Source of the DNA: Candidatus Nitrospira inopinata | GTDB lineage: Bacteria > Nitrospirota > Nitrospiria > Nitrospirales > Nitrospiraceae | DNA: 32,000 nucleotides | NCBI RefSeq assembly: GCF_001458695.1 | Contig: NZ_LN885086.1 | Span: forward strand, 2,850,001 to 2,882,000 | Direction of reading: 5' to 3' | Part shown: positions 7,751 to 16,907 of the stretch, one piece after another | How the letters are laid out: every line of letters starts with the position of its first letter | Position numbering within the stretch: position 1 is the first letter of the stretch | Notes under the pieces: generated by a model | Databases searched by the model: none | The model's input: the letters and a program-made list of their open reading frames with translations, nothing else | Told to the model about the DNA's origin: nothing | Translations under genes and position numbers: made by a program

Positions 7751-9913
7751 CTAGTAATCGACGCCCATCACATAGGTTCTTGCCGCACCTCGTGCAGCGC
7801 TGACTTTAATCGGCCGCATCATGTCATTGTCCTCATGGTCGAGGATATGACAGTGCCATACGAATCCATGCGTACCGGCATCTGGATCAAAGGCATAGTT
7901 TCCGGCCAGGCCGGCTGCCGTGTCTGTCGGCGCGAAGCGTACGGCGATACGAGTGACGTGGCCCGGATACACGATCACCGTATCTTTCCATCCGGCTTCG
8001 TTGGCTTCCGGAGGATGTACGGGGCCATGCAGGTATGGCTGAATATTCGGATTCCCTCCGTATTTCAATCCAGAAGCGACGGAAGGCGCATACGTCAACG
8101 GTGGACCATCGCCAAACATAGAGGTGCCGCCGGGGAACGACCCCTCGTAGGCCTTATTGTACCGGTTCAGATGGATCTTCTGCCGATTGATCAACTGAAC
8201 CTGCGTCAAGTGCGTGTGGATCGGATGGGCATCGGCTGTCAGGTTGACGATTTCCCAGACCTCGGTCTCGCCTTCAGCCGGCAACTCGGACACATATTCC
8301 GTTATGCCTCCCACCGTGACGGCCGTAAAATCCGTTCGGATCGTTCCATCGGCACGTTTGCCGGACATCTTCGTATTGTTCAGCAGCAATTCAACCATTT
8401 CCATTCCGCCAGCACCCATCATGTTGTTCAGGGTGAGTTGGCGCGTTTTCGAAGGAACGACGGCCAGCGTCCCCGTGGCCGGGTTCACCAACCGACGCAT
8501 GGGTGGGCGGAGCGCGCCGCCATGAGCCGGGTTGTAGCTCGCGTCGGCCCCTGCCAACGTGGACGGTCCCACTCGGAACTGAAGAATGCGTCCCACCGTC
8601 GCCCCGTCGGGTGGAGCCCCATCGGGGAATGGTGCGCGGCCGTGATTCTTCAAAATCAGCGTTCGGCCCTCTAATCCTGAAAAGTCGATAATGATGTCGG
8701 CGCGCTCACCAGGCATCACGGTCAGCTTGTGTAGCCGAACCGGCGCATCGAGATACCCTCCGTCGGTTGCGATCTGCCATAGATGCTGTCCGTGCAAGGA
8801 GAGTTCATACGTACGCGCGTTTGATCCGTTGATGAGGAGGAACCGATAGCGCCTGGCCTCGACATTCAGATAGGGCCAGACCTTGCCGTTCACCACAATC
8901 GTGTCGCCGAAGAACTCCATCATCCAGAACGGGTGCTCCGGGTTGGGCCCCATGTTGGGGAAATAGAGCTGCCCGGTCGTATCGAACGTGCGGTCCTGAA
9001 TCACCAGCGGAATAATATAGTCTACGGAGCCTGCGGTGCCTTGCTGCAACCCGATCGGATGCAGACCGGCCGGTAACGTCAGCGTTGGATCAACGATTAG
9101 ATAGCCCCCTGCCAACCCCGCATAGACGTTCAAGCGTGTCACGCCCAACGCATGGTCATGAAACCAGAGAGGAGCCGCCTCCTGCTTGTTCGGATAGCGG
9201 TACATCGCTCCATTCGCCACCGCACCGGCTTTGCTGTAGTACGAATGGCCTCGGTAGGCTCCATCACTGGTGAACCAGGCGTTCGGATTTCCATCCAGCA
9301 CCGGCGGCACCTCCCCTCCATGCAAATGGGGAACGGTTGGGACTGGGCCGGCATAATTCGACGCGCAGACCCCCACCGGCGGTTGGTTTTCAGTGACCGC
9401 ATCCGCACACCTGTTCGCTTCACCGTTCAGCGGATCGGCCCAGTCAAGAGTCTGATCGGTCGAGGTCTTCCACGCCGATAGTTGGCTCGCCGCCGTATTG
9501 GGCAGACTGTTGATGTACTGAATTTCGGTCGGAGTTCCACGCGTCGCGACGAACACCGGCCCAATGTAGGTTGGGAACGGCGTCCCCGATCCAGGACACG
9601 TTGAACCGTTGCGGTAGCCCCAGACGTACGTTCCCGAGTAGGCGGGAGCGGAAGACGCCGGTACGAATGTCGAAGGCATGACGTTGGCCTTGAACTCACA
9701 CATCGAGAGTGTTGCTGATGCCGTGGTGATGGTCTCGATGGTACCGCCCGCCACAGCGAGAAGAGGCAACGGGTCCACGAACTGCGGAATCTCACTGCCC
9801 GGTAACGGTGCTGGCTGAGCTGTGGCCGGAGTGTAGGAGACCAGCGTCAGTGCCACCAAGAGGTAGTGAGCCGGAGACCAACTCCTTATGATTTTTTCTC
9901 GAAGGCATCTCAT
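7751..9913 (-). CDS. Multicopper oxidase (three-domain, CotA/CueO/bilirubin-oxidase-like), secreted
   Basis: All four Cu-ligand motifs are present: HLHGG, WFHDHA, HPIHTHL and HCHILDHEDNDMM. I prefer ATG 9913 (MRCLREKIIRSWSPAHYLLVALTLVSYTPATAQ, signal-peptide-like), preceded by GGAGGTG. The track ORF extends to 9949. Confidence 0.9.
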   Translation of the reverse strand: MRCLREKIIRSWSPAHYLLVALTLVSYTPATAQPAPLPGSEIPQFVDPLPLLAVAGGTIETITTASATLSMCEFKANVMPSTFVPASSAPAYSGTYVWGYRNGSTCPGSGTPFPTYIGPVFVATRGTPTEIQYINSLPNTAASQLSAWKTSTDQTLDWADPLNGEANRCADAVTENQPPVGVCASNYAGPVPTVPHLHGGEVPPVLDGNPNAWFTSDGAYRGHSYYSKAGAVANGAMYRYPNKQEAAPLWFHDHALGVTRLNVYAGLAGGYLIVDPTLTLPAGLHPIGLQQGTAGSVDYIIPLVIQDRTFDTTGQLYFPNMGPNPEHPFWMMEFFGDTIVVNGKVWPYLNVEARRYRFLLINGSNARTYELSLHGQHLWQIATDGGYLDAPVRLHKLTVMPGERADIIIDFSGLEGRTLILKNHGRAPFPDGAPPDGATVGRILQFRVGPSTLAGADASYNPAHGGALRPPMRRLVNPATGTLAVVPSKTRQLTLNNMMGAGGMEMVELLLNNTKMSGKRADGTIRTDFTAVTVGGITEYVSELPAEGETEVWEIVNLTADAHPIHTHLTQVQLINRQKIHLNRYNKAYEGSFPGGTSMFGDGPPLTYAPSVASGLKYGGNPNIQPYLHGPVHPPEANEAGWKDTVIVYPGHVTRIAVRFAPTDTAAGLAGNYAFDPDAGTHGFVWHCHILDHEDNDMMRPIKVSAARGAARTYVMGVDY

Positions 9914-9972
9914 ATTCACCTCCATATAAGATAGAAATAGAAGAACCACGTCCCCCTGCTCTCACAAGACGA

Positions 9973-10194
9973 TCAGGTTTTCTCGTGATCCGGACCTCCC
10001 CGTATTAACAACACAGCCCCAACGATGACGTAGGCGACGACCGGAATAGCCCACAGGATCTTCGTGGTGTCAAACTCCGTGCTGCCAGACGCCGTGGTGT
10101 GAAACCCTAGGAGTAGCCATATCGGCTCATGAATAAAGAGAAAGAACACCAGCATTGCTAAACCCAGCCAATTGGTCCAACGCATGCCCATCAT
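9973..10194 (-). CDS. Small 2-TM membrane protein, unknown family (paralog of 22299..22490)
   Basis: 73 aa: MMGMRWTNWLGLAMLVFFLFIHEPIWLLL...ILWAIPVVAYVIVGAVLLIRGGPDHEKT. AAAGGAG lies upstream of ATGATGGGCATGCGTTGG. The short start is supported by the paralog, which begins with the same nucleotides. The track ORF extends to 10329. Confidence 0.7.
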   Translation of the reverse strand: MMGMRWTNWLGLAMLVFFLFIHEPIWLLLGFHTTASGSTEFDTTKILWAIPVVAYVIVGAVLLIRGGPDHEKT

Positions 10195-10366
10195 GAGATG
10201 TTCTCCTTTCATGTGATAATCAGCCCCTCTTCGAGTGCGTGGACACCGGATGGAGTAGCGTCGGGGCCGATTGTGTAATGAAACCTCCAGACCAAACCGA
10301 ACGGATGAATCCATGCCGCCTCCGAGCACAAAAACGGAGTGGCAGGGAATTGACTGGAGGTAGGAA

Positions 10367-10744
10367 TTAAATTCTAAGGACCGATGACGAGGCTATGGAG
10401 ATGGGGACAAACTCCGAGGCAGAGCTCCAGGATGAGGATTCTAACGTTGAGGAAACAGTGGATGCTGTGACAGGGCTAAGCAGTGCTGCTTTCGGATTCA
10501 CATCGGTGGTCGCCTCATGCTTGAGCTGCCGTTCCGGCGATGATACGGCGGACGGTGGGCACATGAGCATCCCGTCCATGGGACAGGCCATATGGTTTAT
10601 CTCGTCAGCCAATTGTGTTGCCTCGCCGGCCAACGACAGATCAGGCACCGTACACATTGTCCCGATGATTTGACAAAGGGCGAAGAGCAGGACCACGCTG
10701 AAGGACTGCATCTTATCTTTGACGATGATCCAACGGTTTATCAC
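10367..10744 (-). CDS. Cys/Met-rich small protein, unknown family (paralog of 29860..30264), heads the oxidase operon
   Basis: Shares CQ(I/V)IG(T/S)MC..PDLS, MACPMDGxxMCPPSxxxSPERQxK, SWSSA and the C-terminal VPISIxSSSVLRI with the second copy. The start is ambiguous: GTG 10744 gives a basic N-region (MINRWIIVKDK), and the alternative is ATG 10711. Confidence 0.7.
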   Translation of the reverse strand: MINRWIIVKDKMQSFSVVLLFALCQIIGTMCTVPDLSLAGEATQLADEINHMACPMDGMLMCPPSAVSSPERQLKHEATTDVNPKAALLSPVTASTVSSTLESSSWSSASEFVPISIASSSVLRI

Positions 10745-10801
10745 TTAAGAACTCTCTGTGGATCCATGGCCCTACCCTTGGGTCCAAAACTTACGGCCGA
10801 T

Positions 10802-11122
10802 TTACGACACAAGAAGGTTGAAGCGAAGTGAACGGTATTCTTTATCCGCGCTGGATTTAAGATCAGCCGGTAGCGTCAACAATCGGTGTACTTCCTTACG
10901 CGTCAATCCGCTGAGGGTCGTAATTCTCGATACCGACTGCTTCTTGCCTGCGATCCTGAACTCGGTGTTCGCGACCTCCACATAGACCCGCTTGACGAGT
11001 TCAGCGCACGTTGGATGGGAAACACTGTTTCGCAAGAAGATCCTCACCAACGGTCGCCGCAGGTGACCAATAGCAGCGGAAAGTGCTTGGACTGAGCCAT
11101 GAACCTTCACAATTGTTGCCAT
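10802..11122 (-). CDS. Hypothetical protein with possible HTH (SVSRITTLSGLTRKEVHRLL)
   Basis: 106-aa ORF, co-directional with its neighbours, filling the gap between the ATPase and the Cys/Met-rich gene. No family recognised. Confidence 0.4.
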   Translation of the reverse strand: MATIVKVHGSVQALSAAIGHLRRPLVRIFLRNSVSHPTCAELVKRVYVEVANTEFRIAGKKQSVSRITTLSGLTRKEVHRLLTLPADLKSSADKEYRSLRFNLLVS

Positions 11123-11242
11123 GGTGAACTCACGTACATATAAGACCGGCCTGATCCGTCTGCGCGACGACCAATGGGACCGTCCCGACTGTCATCCGAT
11201 TGGCTTAATTCTCGCTTCTTCTGAACCGCCTCTTCTCTGCGT

Positions 11243-13948
11243 TCACCTCCCCCCTCGAGAACGCGCCGCTTTCCAGATCTCCATCGCCACCAGCGGCAAG
11301 ATCCCGATGCCGAGAACAAGAAGCCAATGTTCGGTGTCAAAGGGCACGACGTCGAAAATCGAATGGATCGGCGGAGTAAGTACAATGACGGCTTGCAGCG
11401 CCGCCGAAAGGGCAACGGCCCCGAGCAGCGGTCTATTTGTCAGGAATCCAATCTCGAAAATGGACCGGCGGTCGCTTCGATTATTGAAAGCATGGAAGAG
11501 TTGAGCCGTGACGAGGATCGTGAAAGTCAGCGTGCGGGCCCGCTCGAGGTTCAAGTCCATGCCGTACAAACAGTACACAAACGCCCCGAGCGTAATCAGT
11601 GCCAAAAAGGAGCCCTGGGCGAACAACATGAGAAACCGGTCTTTCGTCAGGAATTGTTCCGCTGGTGGTCGGGGTGGCCGTCTCATCAAGTCGGGATCCT
11701 TGGGATCAACGGCGAGTGCCAACGCAGGGAGGCCGTCTGTCACCAGATTGATCCAAAGAATTTGCACCGGCAACAACGGCAGCGGAAGGGCAAACAGCGT
11801 GGCGAGCAACATGAGGAGAATCTCGCTGATGTTGCAGGAGAGCAGATAGAACACCGCTTTTCGGATATTATCGAAGACGGCTCGTCCCTCTTCTACCGCT
11901 GCGGCAATCGACGCGAAGTTATCGTCGGTGATGACCATGTCAGAGGCTTCTTTCGTGACGTCTGTCCCGGTGATGCCCATGGCCACACCGATATCGGCCG
12001 CTTTCAGCGCCGGCGCGTCGTTGACCCCGTCGCCGGTCATGGCGACCACCGCCCCTCGCCGCTTCCAAGCCTTCACGACCCGGAGCTTGTGCTCAGCCGA
12101 CACCCGAGCGTAGACCGCAGTGCCGGCAACTCGTTTCTCCAGCTCGTCATCCGACAGCTGGTCCAGCTCTGTACCGGAGATCGCTTGCGCACCCGTTTCC
12201 AAAATCCCTAAGTCGTGCGCAATGGCAATCGCCGTGTCCTTATGGTCGCCTGTAATCATGACCGTCCGAATGCCCGCAGTCCGACAGGTCTCCACGGCCG
12301 CCTTGGCTTCCGGTCGGATCGGATCTTTCATGCCGACCAACCCTAAAAAAGTTAAGTCGTGCTCCAAGCTGGTGGCTGTATACGCGTCCGGCAGGATGTC
12401 CAACGGCCGCATAGCCACGCCGAGGATCCGCAGGGCTTGCGAGGCAAATTGCTGATTGATGGAGAGGATTTGTTGACGGATCTCCTCCGTCAGCGCTGTG
12501 ATCTGCCCGTCACGGGTCATCCAGGCGGTGCAATCGCGCAGCAGCACATCCGGTGCGCCTTTGACGTAGGCGACAGGACCGGAGGCGGCGCTCCGGACCA
12601 TGGACATCTTTTTACGTTCGGAATCGAACGGCACCTCACCAAGCATCGGATTATCACGATCCAGATCGGCTTTCGAGAGTCCGGTCTTCGCCGCCACGAC
12701 GAGTAGGGCACCCTCTGTCGGGTCGCCCAGCACCTGCCAGGCGAAGGCTTCCAGACGCAATTCGGCTCCGTTACACAACACGCCAGCCTGCAGGAGGGCC
12801 GTGAGCCCCGGATACGGACTTCCGTTGGTCGGTCCTTCGTTCACACGGATCTCACCAACCGGCGCATACCCTTCGCCCGAGACAGTCAAGACCTCACCGC
12901 CGAGGTACAGGCGAGTCACGGTCATCTCGTTCTTGGTGAGTGTGCCCGTCTTGTCCGAGCAGATCACGGTTGTTGACCCCAATGTTTCCACTGCCGGCAG
13001 CCGTCGGATCAAAGCATGGCGTTGCACCATGCGGGTGACGCCCAGCGCCAGTGTGATGGTGACTACTGCGGGCAAGCCCTCTGGAATGGCCGCAACGGCT
13101 AAACTCACCGATGTAAGAAACATCATGATCAGTGGCACGCCGCGGAGCATGCCCAGGAGGAACACGGCTCCTACAATCACCAGCGAGAGCCACAGCAAGG
13201 TGTGTCCGAGCTGTTCGAGTCGGCGCTGGAGCGGCGTCTCTTCTTGCTCCGCCTGCGCCTCGCGATGGATCATCGCCGCGATCTTTCCCAGCTCGGTCAG
13301 GGGTCCGGTGGCCGTCACCAACGCCCGGCCTTTTCCAGAAACGGCGATGGTGCTCATAAAGAGCATGTTGCGACGGTCCCCCAAGGGCACCTCGGTCTGA
13401 GAAATTAGCTCGGCGGACTTGCTGACCGGCGTGGATTCTCCGGTCAGAGAGGCTTCTTGTGTCTGGAGGCTCGTCGCATAGATCAACCGGCTGTCGGCTG
13501 GGATCCGATCTCCGGCTTCCACTTGGATGAGATCGCCGGGAACCAGTTCGCGGGCCGGGATCGACCGCGCGACTCCCTCGCGGATCACCCGCGCAGTCGC
13601 GACCGACAGTTTGCGGAGTGCTGCCAAGGAGCGTTCGGCGCGGAACTCCTGGACGAATCCTAGGATGGCATTGAGGACCACAATCGCAACAATCGCGGCC
13701 GCGTCGATCCATTCTTGCAGCAAGCCAGATACGAGCGCCGCGCCGATGAGGACCCAGACGATCAGACTCGAGAATTGCGCCAGGAGGATTTTGAGAGGGG
13801 AAGGTGGAGGGGCTTCAGGCAATTCATTCGGCCCCACGGTCGAGAGGCGATGCTCCGCCTCACGTTCAGTCAATCCATCATTGATGTCGGAGTCTAGTTC
13901 ACGTTCCAGCGATTCGAACGTGAGCGTGTGCCAGCCGTTGGATTTCAT
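11243..13948 (-). CDS. P2-type (Ca2+/cation, SERCA/PMCA-like) P-type ATPase
   Basis: 901 aa with TGES, IPEGLPAVVTITLALG (TM4 PEGL motif), DKTGTLT, TGDHKDTA and TGDGVNDAPALK. There is no CPx motif, so it is not a P1B heavy-metal pump. Confidence 0.9.
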   Translation of the reverse strand: MKSNGWHTLTFESLERELDSDINDGLTEREAEHRLSTVGPNELPEAPPPSPLKILLAQFSSLIVWVLIGAALVSGLLQEWIDAAAIVAIVVLNAILGFVQEFRAERSLAALRKLSVATARVIREGVARSIPARELVPGDLIQVEAGDRIPADSRLIYATSLQTQEASLTGESTPVSKSAELISQTEVPLGDRRNMLFMSTIAVSGKGRALVTATGPLTELGKIAAMIHREAQAEQEETPLQRRLEQLGHTLLWLSLVIVGAVFLLGMLRGVPLIMMFLTSVSLAVAAIPEGLPAVVTITLALGVTRMVQRHALIRRLPAVETLGSTTVICSDKTGTLTKNEMTVTRLYLGGEVLTVSGEGYAPVGEIRVNEGPTNGSPYPGLTALLQAGVLCNGAELRLEAFAWQVLGDPTEGALLVVAAKTGLSKADLDRDNPMLGEVPFDSERKKMSMVRSAASGPVAYVKGAPDVLLRDCTAWMTRDGQITALTEEIRQQILSINQQFASQALRILGVAMRPLDILPDAYTATSLEHDLTFLGLVGMKDPIRPEAKAAVETCRTAGIRTVMITGDHKDTAIAIAHDLGILETGAQAISGTELDQLSDDELEKRVAGTAVYARVSAEHKLRVVKAWKRRGAVVAMTGDGVNDAPALKAADIGVAMGITGTDVTKEASDMVITDDNFASIAAAVEEGRAVFDNIRKAVFYLLSCNISEILLMLLATLFALPLPLLPVQILWINLVTDGLPALALAVDPKDPDLMRRPPRPPAEQFLTKDRFLMLFAQGSFLALITLGAFVYCLYGMDLNLERARTLTFTILVTAQLFHAFNNRSDRRSIFEIGFLTNRPLLGAVALSAALQAVIVLTPPIHSIFDVVPFDTEHWLLVLGIGILPLVAMEIWKAARSRGGR

Positions 13949-14259
13949 GTTGCCTCATGAGAGATAGGCTGGCTCCACTCGTTCTGTCGAATCCATAGGA
14001 CGATCTCCTTGTTCAGAGTAGCTGTGACATATTCCGGCACGGCGCCTTCAATGGAGGCATCCAGCCCGGTCGTATACCTCTGGCCGCAGTATTTCATGAT
14101 GAGGGCCGCGACCACCGCCACTCCATATTTTCCACCCGGCTTCACCTCAAGAAGATGGAGGTAGGCCAAGCCGAAAGGATTGCCGAGCCCCATGACCCTC
14201 AGAAACCGACTGCCCAATACCCTCATGGAGAATGAAAGGGCTGTGAGTGTCAGCGGCAT
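13945..14259 (-). CDS. Hypothetical protein (104 aa), translationally coupled on both sides
   Basis: ATG 14259 shares one nucleotide with the TGA of the upstream YHS gene (TGATG). Its own TGA overlaps the ATPase ATG (ATGA at 13948-13945). No family recognised. Confidence 0.55.
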   Translation of the reverse strand: MPLTLTALSFSMRVLGSRFLRVMGLGNPFGLAYLHLLEVKPGGKYGVAVVAALIMKYCGQRYTTGLDASIEGAVPEYVTATLNKEIVLWIRQNEWSQPISHEAT

Positions 14260-14435
14260 CACAGTTTTGGACCTTCAAAGTCTTTCATGTACGATTCCGG
14301 ATCGTGATCGAAGTGCTCCTTGCATGGCTTCGAGCAAAAATAATATGTCTTCCCCTTGAAGAGGCTTTGGAATGGGGCGCTCTCCTTGTCGATCCACATC
14401 CCGCAAACTCGATCCAACTCTTCGGTTGACTTCAT
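14259..14435 (-). CDS. YHS/TRASH-domain metal-binding protein (58 aa; below the ORF-track cutoff)
   Basis: My translation: MKSTEELDRVCGMWIDKESAPFQSLFKGKTYYFCSKPCKEHFDHDPESYMKDFEGPKL. It fits the YHS pattern CGM...G..YYFCS..C...F...P..Y. A strong SD, GGAGGAAGGAGG, precedes ATG 14435. Confidence 0.8.
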   Translation of the reverse strand: MKSTEELDRVCGMWIDKESAPFQSLFKGKTYYFCSKPCKEHFDHDPESYMKDFEGPKL

Positions 14436-14475
14436 GATCCCCGCCTCCTTCCTCCTCAGTTACGTGAATGCCCTG

Positions 14476-16839
14476 TCACTTGAGGAACGCCTCCGTACTA
14501 CGTGCCCCGCCTGCACGACGTGATGCGCGTCCTCTTCCTTTAGCTTGACTGCCGATCACCGAGATCCGCTGCAGGCTCGCTCGACAACAAGGATCAGCAC
14601 CGCAGCAGCCTGGATGGAGACACCGGAATTGGAACTCGATCCATTGAATCGGCGGAGCGAATGGGCCCAGCGTCAGACTGAATCGGTGTACCGCGGCCAT
14701 TACGCCGCCAGCTGCGATCAACTCGTGCGTCGTCCACTGTTCGCCCTGATTGGTCTTCCAGGTCAGCTCACCTGGGCAGTTCGTTCTGATGCTAAGTCGA
14801 TCACCAACACGGATTGAGCGGATGGGTCTGGCGAACGTCCAGACGAGGGCATGGGGCACGATCCCATCATGGAGCGCCGCGGGTGGCTTGCGCCGGAGAG
14901 TTCCATAGATCGCCTTGACATGATCCCGAAAGAGATCATCAAATTCTGCGTCGGAGTCTGAGGCTTGATCCTCACCAAACCACCAGAACCAATCACTGCC
15001 TTCGGCGGCATAGAGGGCTTCGAAGGTTTGGGGATGACCAACCGGTGTTGCCTTCATCCGATCGAGCCATTCCCTTGCTTCGCGGAGATGATCCCACCCG
15101 CGATTTTCCTCACGCTCGCCAATCCACGTGCCCAAGTCGTTGCCTGGTGCCGAACCATTCTCGTCGATCCAGCTTGCTTCAGCCAGGTCATAGACTTTCG
15201 GCAATGCTTCGATCGGGTGAGCCGGCACTCGCCGCATCGGGTTGCCTTCAAGATACTCCCGAAACGTGACCGTGCGGATCTCCGGATCAGCGGCAAGCGC
15301 CGTATATAGGGCATGCAGGAACGGGCGGGCCTGGTGTGGATAGGCCCCCCAGGCGTTTTCGCCATCTAGAATCACGGACACGATGCGGTTCGGAGGGTCG
15401 TTGACCTGCCAGGCGAACCGCTCTTTCAATTCTTGCAGAAAGTCGGCGGCCGCCTGTGCGGGATTTGCGTAGCGGTGGTAGTGAAAGCCGATCTTGTCTG
15501 ACAAGACGGGATCGCGGAAGAAGACGGCGACACCACGGCCCAGCCCATTTTCAGCTCGATACGCTTGGCATAGGACATTTGAGTCCTGGACGTCATAGCC
15601 ATACTGCCCAGAGCGTGCCAGGACGCCGCGATCGGTCGCGATCCATCGCACGCCGGTCTCTGCGAACAGCGAGACCACCGACTGACCGACCGCTCCCTCA
15701 GCAGGCCACATCCCGGCGGGCGGATGCCCGAAGCGGTCCTCGTAGAACCGCCTGGCACGGTGGAGTTGCGCCACTGCGTCTTCTGGGTGGTGAAACCGCC
15801 GGGGATGCACTGCGCCGGGACGATCAATGGTGGCGCGATCCGAATCAACAAGCAACGGAAGGATGGGATGGTAAAACGGGGTGGTGGAAATCTCGATCTG
15901 CCTTCGCTCTTGGAGCTGTCGATGGATCGCGACGACATGGTGCAGGATCTTCAGTTGCTCGGCAACCATAGCCTCGATCTCACGAGCGGTATAGCCGGAG
16001 CCTTTTTCGACGAAGCGACGCACGGAGGAAGTCGTGCCATCAGGCAGCGCCACCTTGCCTTCTTGAAACTCTGGGCCGAACCAGGACAGGTTGAACCACA
16101 TCTGGAGATCCGCGAGATCCTGGACCGTGAACGCACGACCGTTCTGGCGCTGCTCGAACAAGGCGCGATAGCGAGGCCAGGGGAAAATCTGAGTGTGCCA
16201 GTCGGCTTCGTAAAAGGTGGCGAGGAGTTCCTCGCGTTGGGCGGTTGAAAGCCGATGCGCAGGGGTCATGGTCAGCTCGAGCGCGCGATCCGTAGCCCCG
16301 CGCTCGACATAGTCCTCGATCTGCCACAGCAGCACCGGGGTCAGGTTGATGGTGAGGTGGACCTGAGGATGCTGTTCCAGCAACGCAGCCATGGCGTAGT
16401 AATCGCGGATGGCGTGCAGCCGCACCCAAGGGAACCGATACGATCCCTGTGGTCGCTTGGAGTGCAGATTTTTGTACAATGGCTGGTGCTGATGCCAAAG
16501 GATCGCCAGATGAATCTTGGGACCTACCTGAAAGGTGAAGGGGCCAATTTCACAAGTACCGGACGGCGAACTCCCGTGCAGCCGGTACTCCACCCGATCC
16601 CCGTCCGCAAACGGCCCGACATTGATGAACCAATAGCTATTGGCATCGTGGTTGAAGTTCCACCTCCCTTCGAGCCGTTTCCTGTCCTCGGCTCCGTCCG
16701 GATGCACCACGCAAACGTTGATCCAGGCTTGCTGGCCCTCCTCGATCGGCCAGGTGCCGAACTGGAGGTTAACGTTCTGCCCCGCACTGATGTGGAACGG
16801 GAAGCGCGGCGTGTCCGACGTGAGATGCCAGATCACCAT
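14476..16839 (-). CDS. Glycoside hydrolase family 57 protein (alpha-glucan-active) with ~110-aa N-terminal extra domain
   Basis: 787 aa. LAILWHQHQPLY, WVRLHAIRDYY and LTPVLLWQIEDY are typical GH57 N-terminal motifs. Confidence 0.8.
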   Translation of the reverse strand: MVIWHLTSDTPRFPFHISAGQNVNLQFGTWPIEEGQQAWINVCVVHPDGAEDRKRLEGRWNFNHDANSYWFINVGPFADGDRVEYRLHGSSPSGTCEIGPFTFQVGPKIHLAILWHQHQPLYKNLHSKRPQGSYRFPWVRLHAIRDYYAMAALLEQHPQVHLTINLTPVLLWQIEDYVERGATDRALELTMTPAHRLSTAQREELLATFYEADWHTQIFPWPRYRALFEQRQNGRAFTVQDLADLQMWFNLSWFGPEFQEGKVALPDGTTSSVRRFVEKGSGYTAREIEAMVAEQLKILHHVVAIHRQLQERRQIEISTTPFYHPILPLLVDSDRATIDRPGAVHPRRFHHPEDAVAQLHRARRFYEDRFGHPPAGMWPAEGAVGQSVVSLFAETGVRWIATDRGVLARSGQYGYDVQDSNVLCQAYRAENGLGRGVAVFFRDPVLSDKIGFHYHRYANPAQAAADFLQELKERFAWQVNDPPNRIVSVILDGENAWGAYPHQARPFLHALYTALAADPEIRTVTFREYLEGNPMRRVPAHPIEALPKVYDLAEASWIDENGSAPGNDLGTWIGEREENRGWDHLREAREWLDRMKATPVGHPQTFEALYAAEGSDWFWWFGEDQASDSDAEFDDLFRDHVKAIYGTLRRKPPAALHDGIVPHALVWTFARPIRSIRVGDRLSIRTNCPGELTWKTNQGEQWTTHELIAAGGVMAAVHRFSLTLGPFAPPIQWIEFQFRCLHPGCCGADPCCRASLQRISVIGSQAKGRGRASRRAGGARSTEAFLK

Positions 16840-16907
16840 GCTCTGTGACTCTCCCTGCTTCCTCTACTTCATCATGTCGTCAAACGGCTGCTCTGACTAT
16901 CAACTCA

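Noticed and set aside
7703-8674. Long plus-strand ORFs antisense to real genes. Examples: 7703..8674, 11327..12211, 12600..13400, 15456..15971, 16255..16848, 18870..19814, 19706..20239, 20298..21161, 25685..26644, 28058..28549, 29203..30147. The same applies to out-of-frame same-strand ORFs such as 12894..13712 and 16040..16498.
   Set aside because: They lie entirely inside strongly supported genes (multicopper oxidase, ATPase, GH57, phosphorylase, CusA/B/C). Their translations are Arg/Pro/Gly/Ser-rich and low in complexity, which is typical of shadow frames in GC-rich DNA. They have no recognisable motifs.
11160-11180. GGGAC-G-GTCCC palindrome downstream of the P2 ATPase stop, and GGTCG-N7-CGACC at about 1238-1254.
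   Set aside because: These are short 5-bp arms, expected frequently by chance in GC-rich DNA. The first cannot form a hairpin with a 1-nt loop. No supporting context exists.
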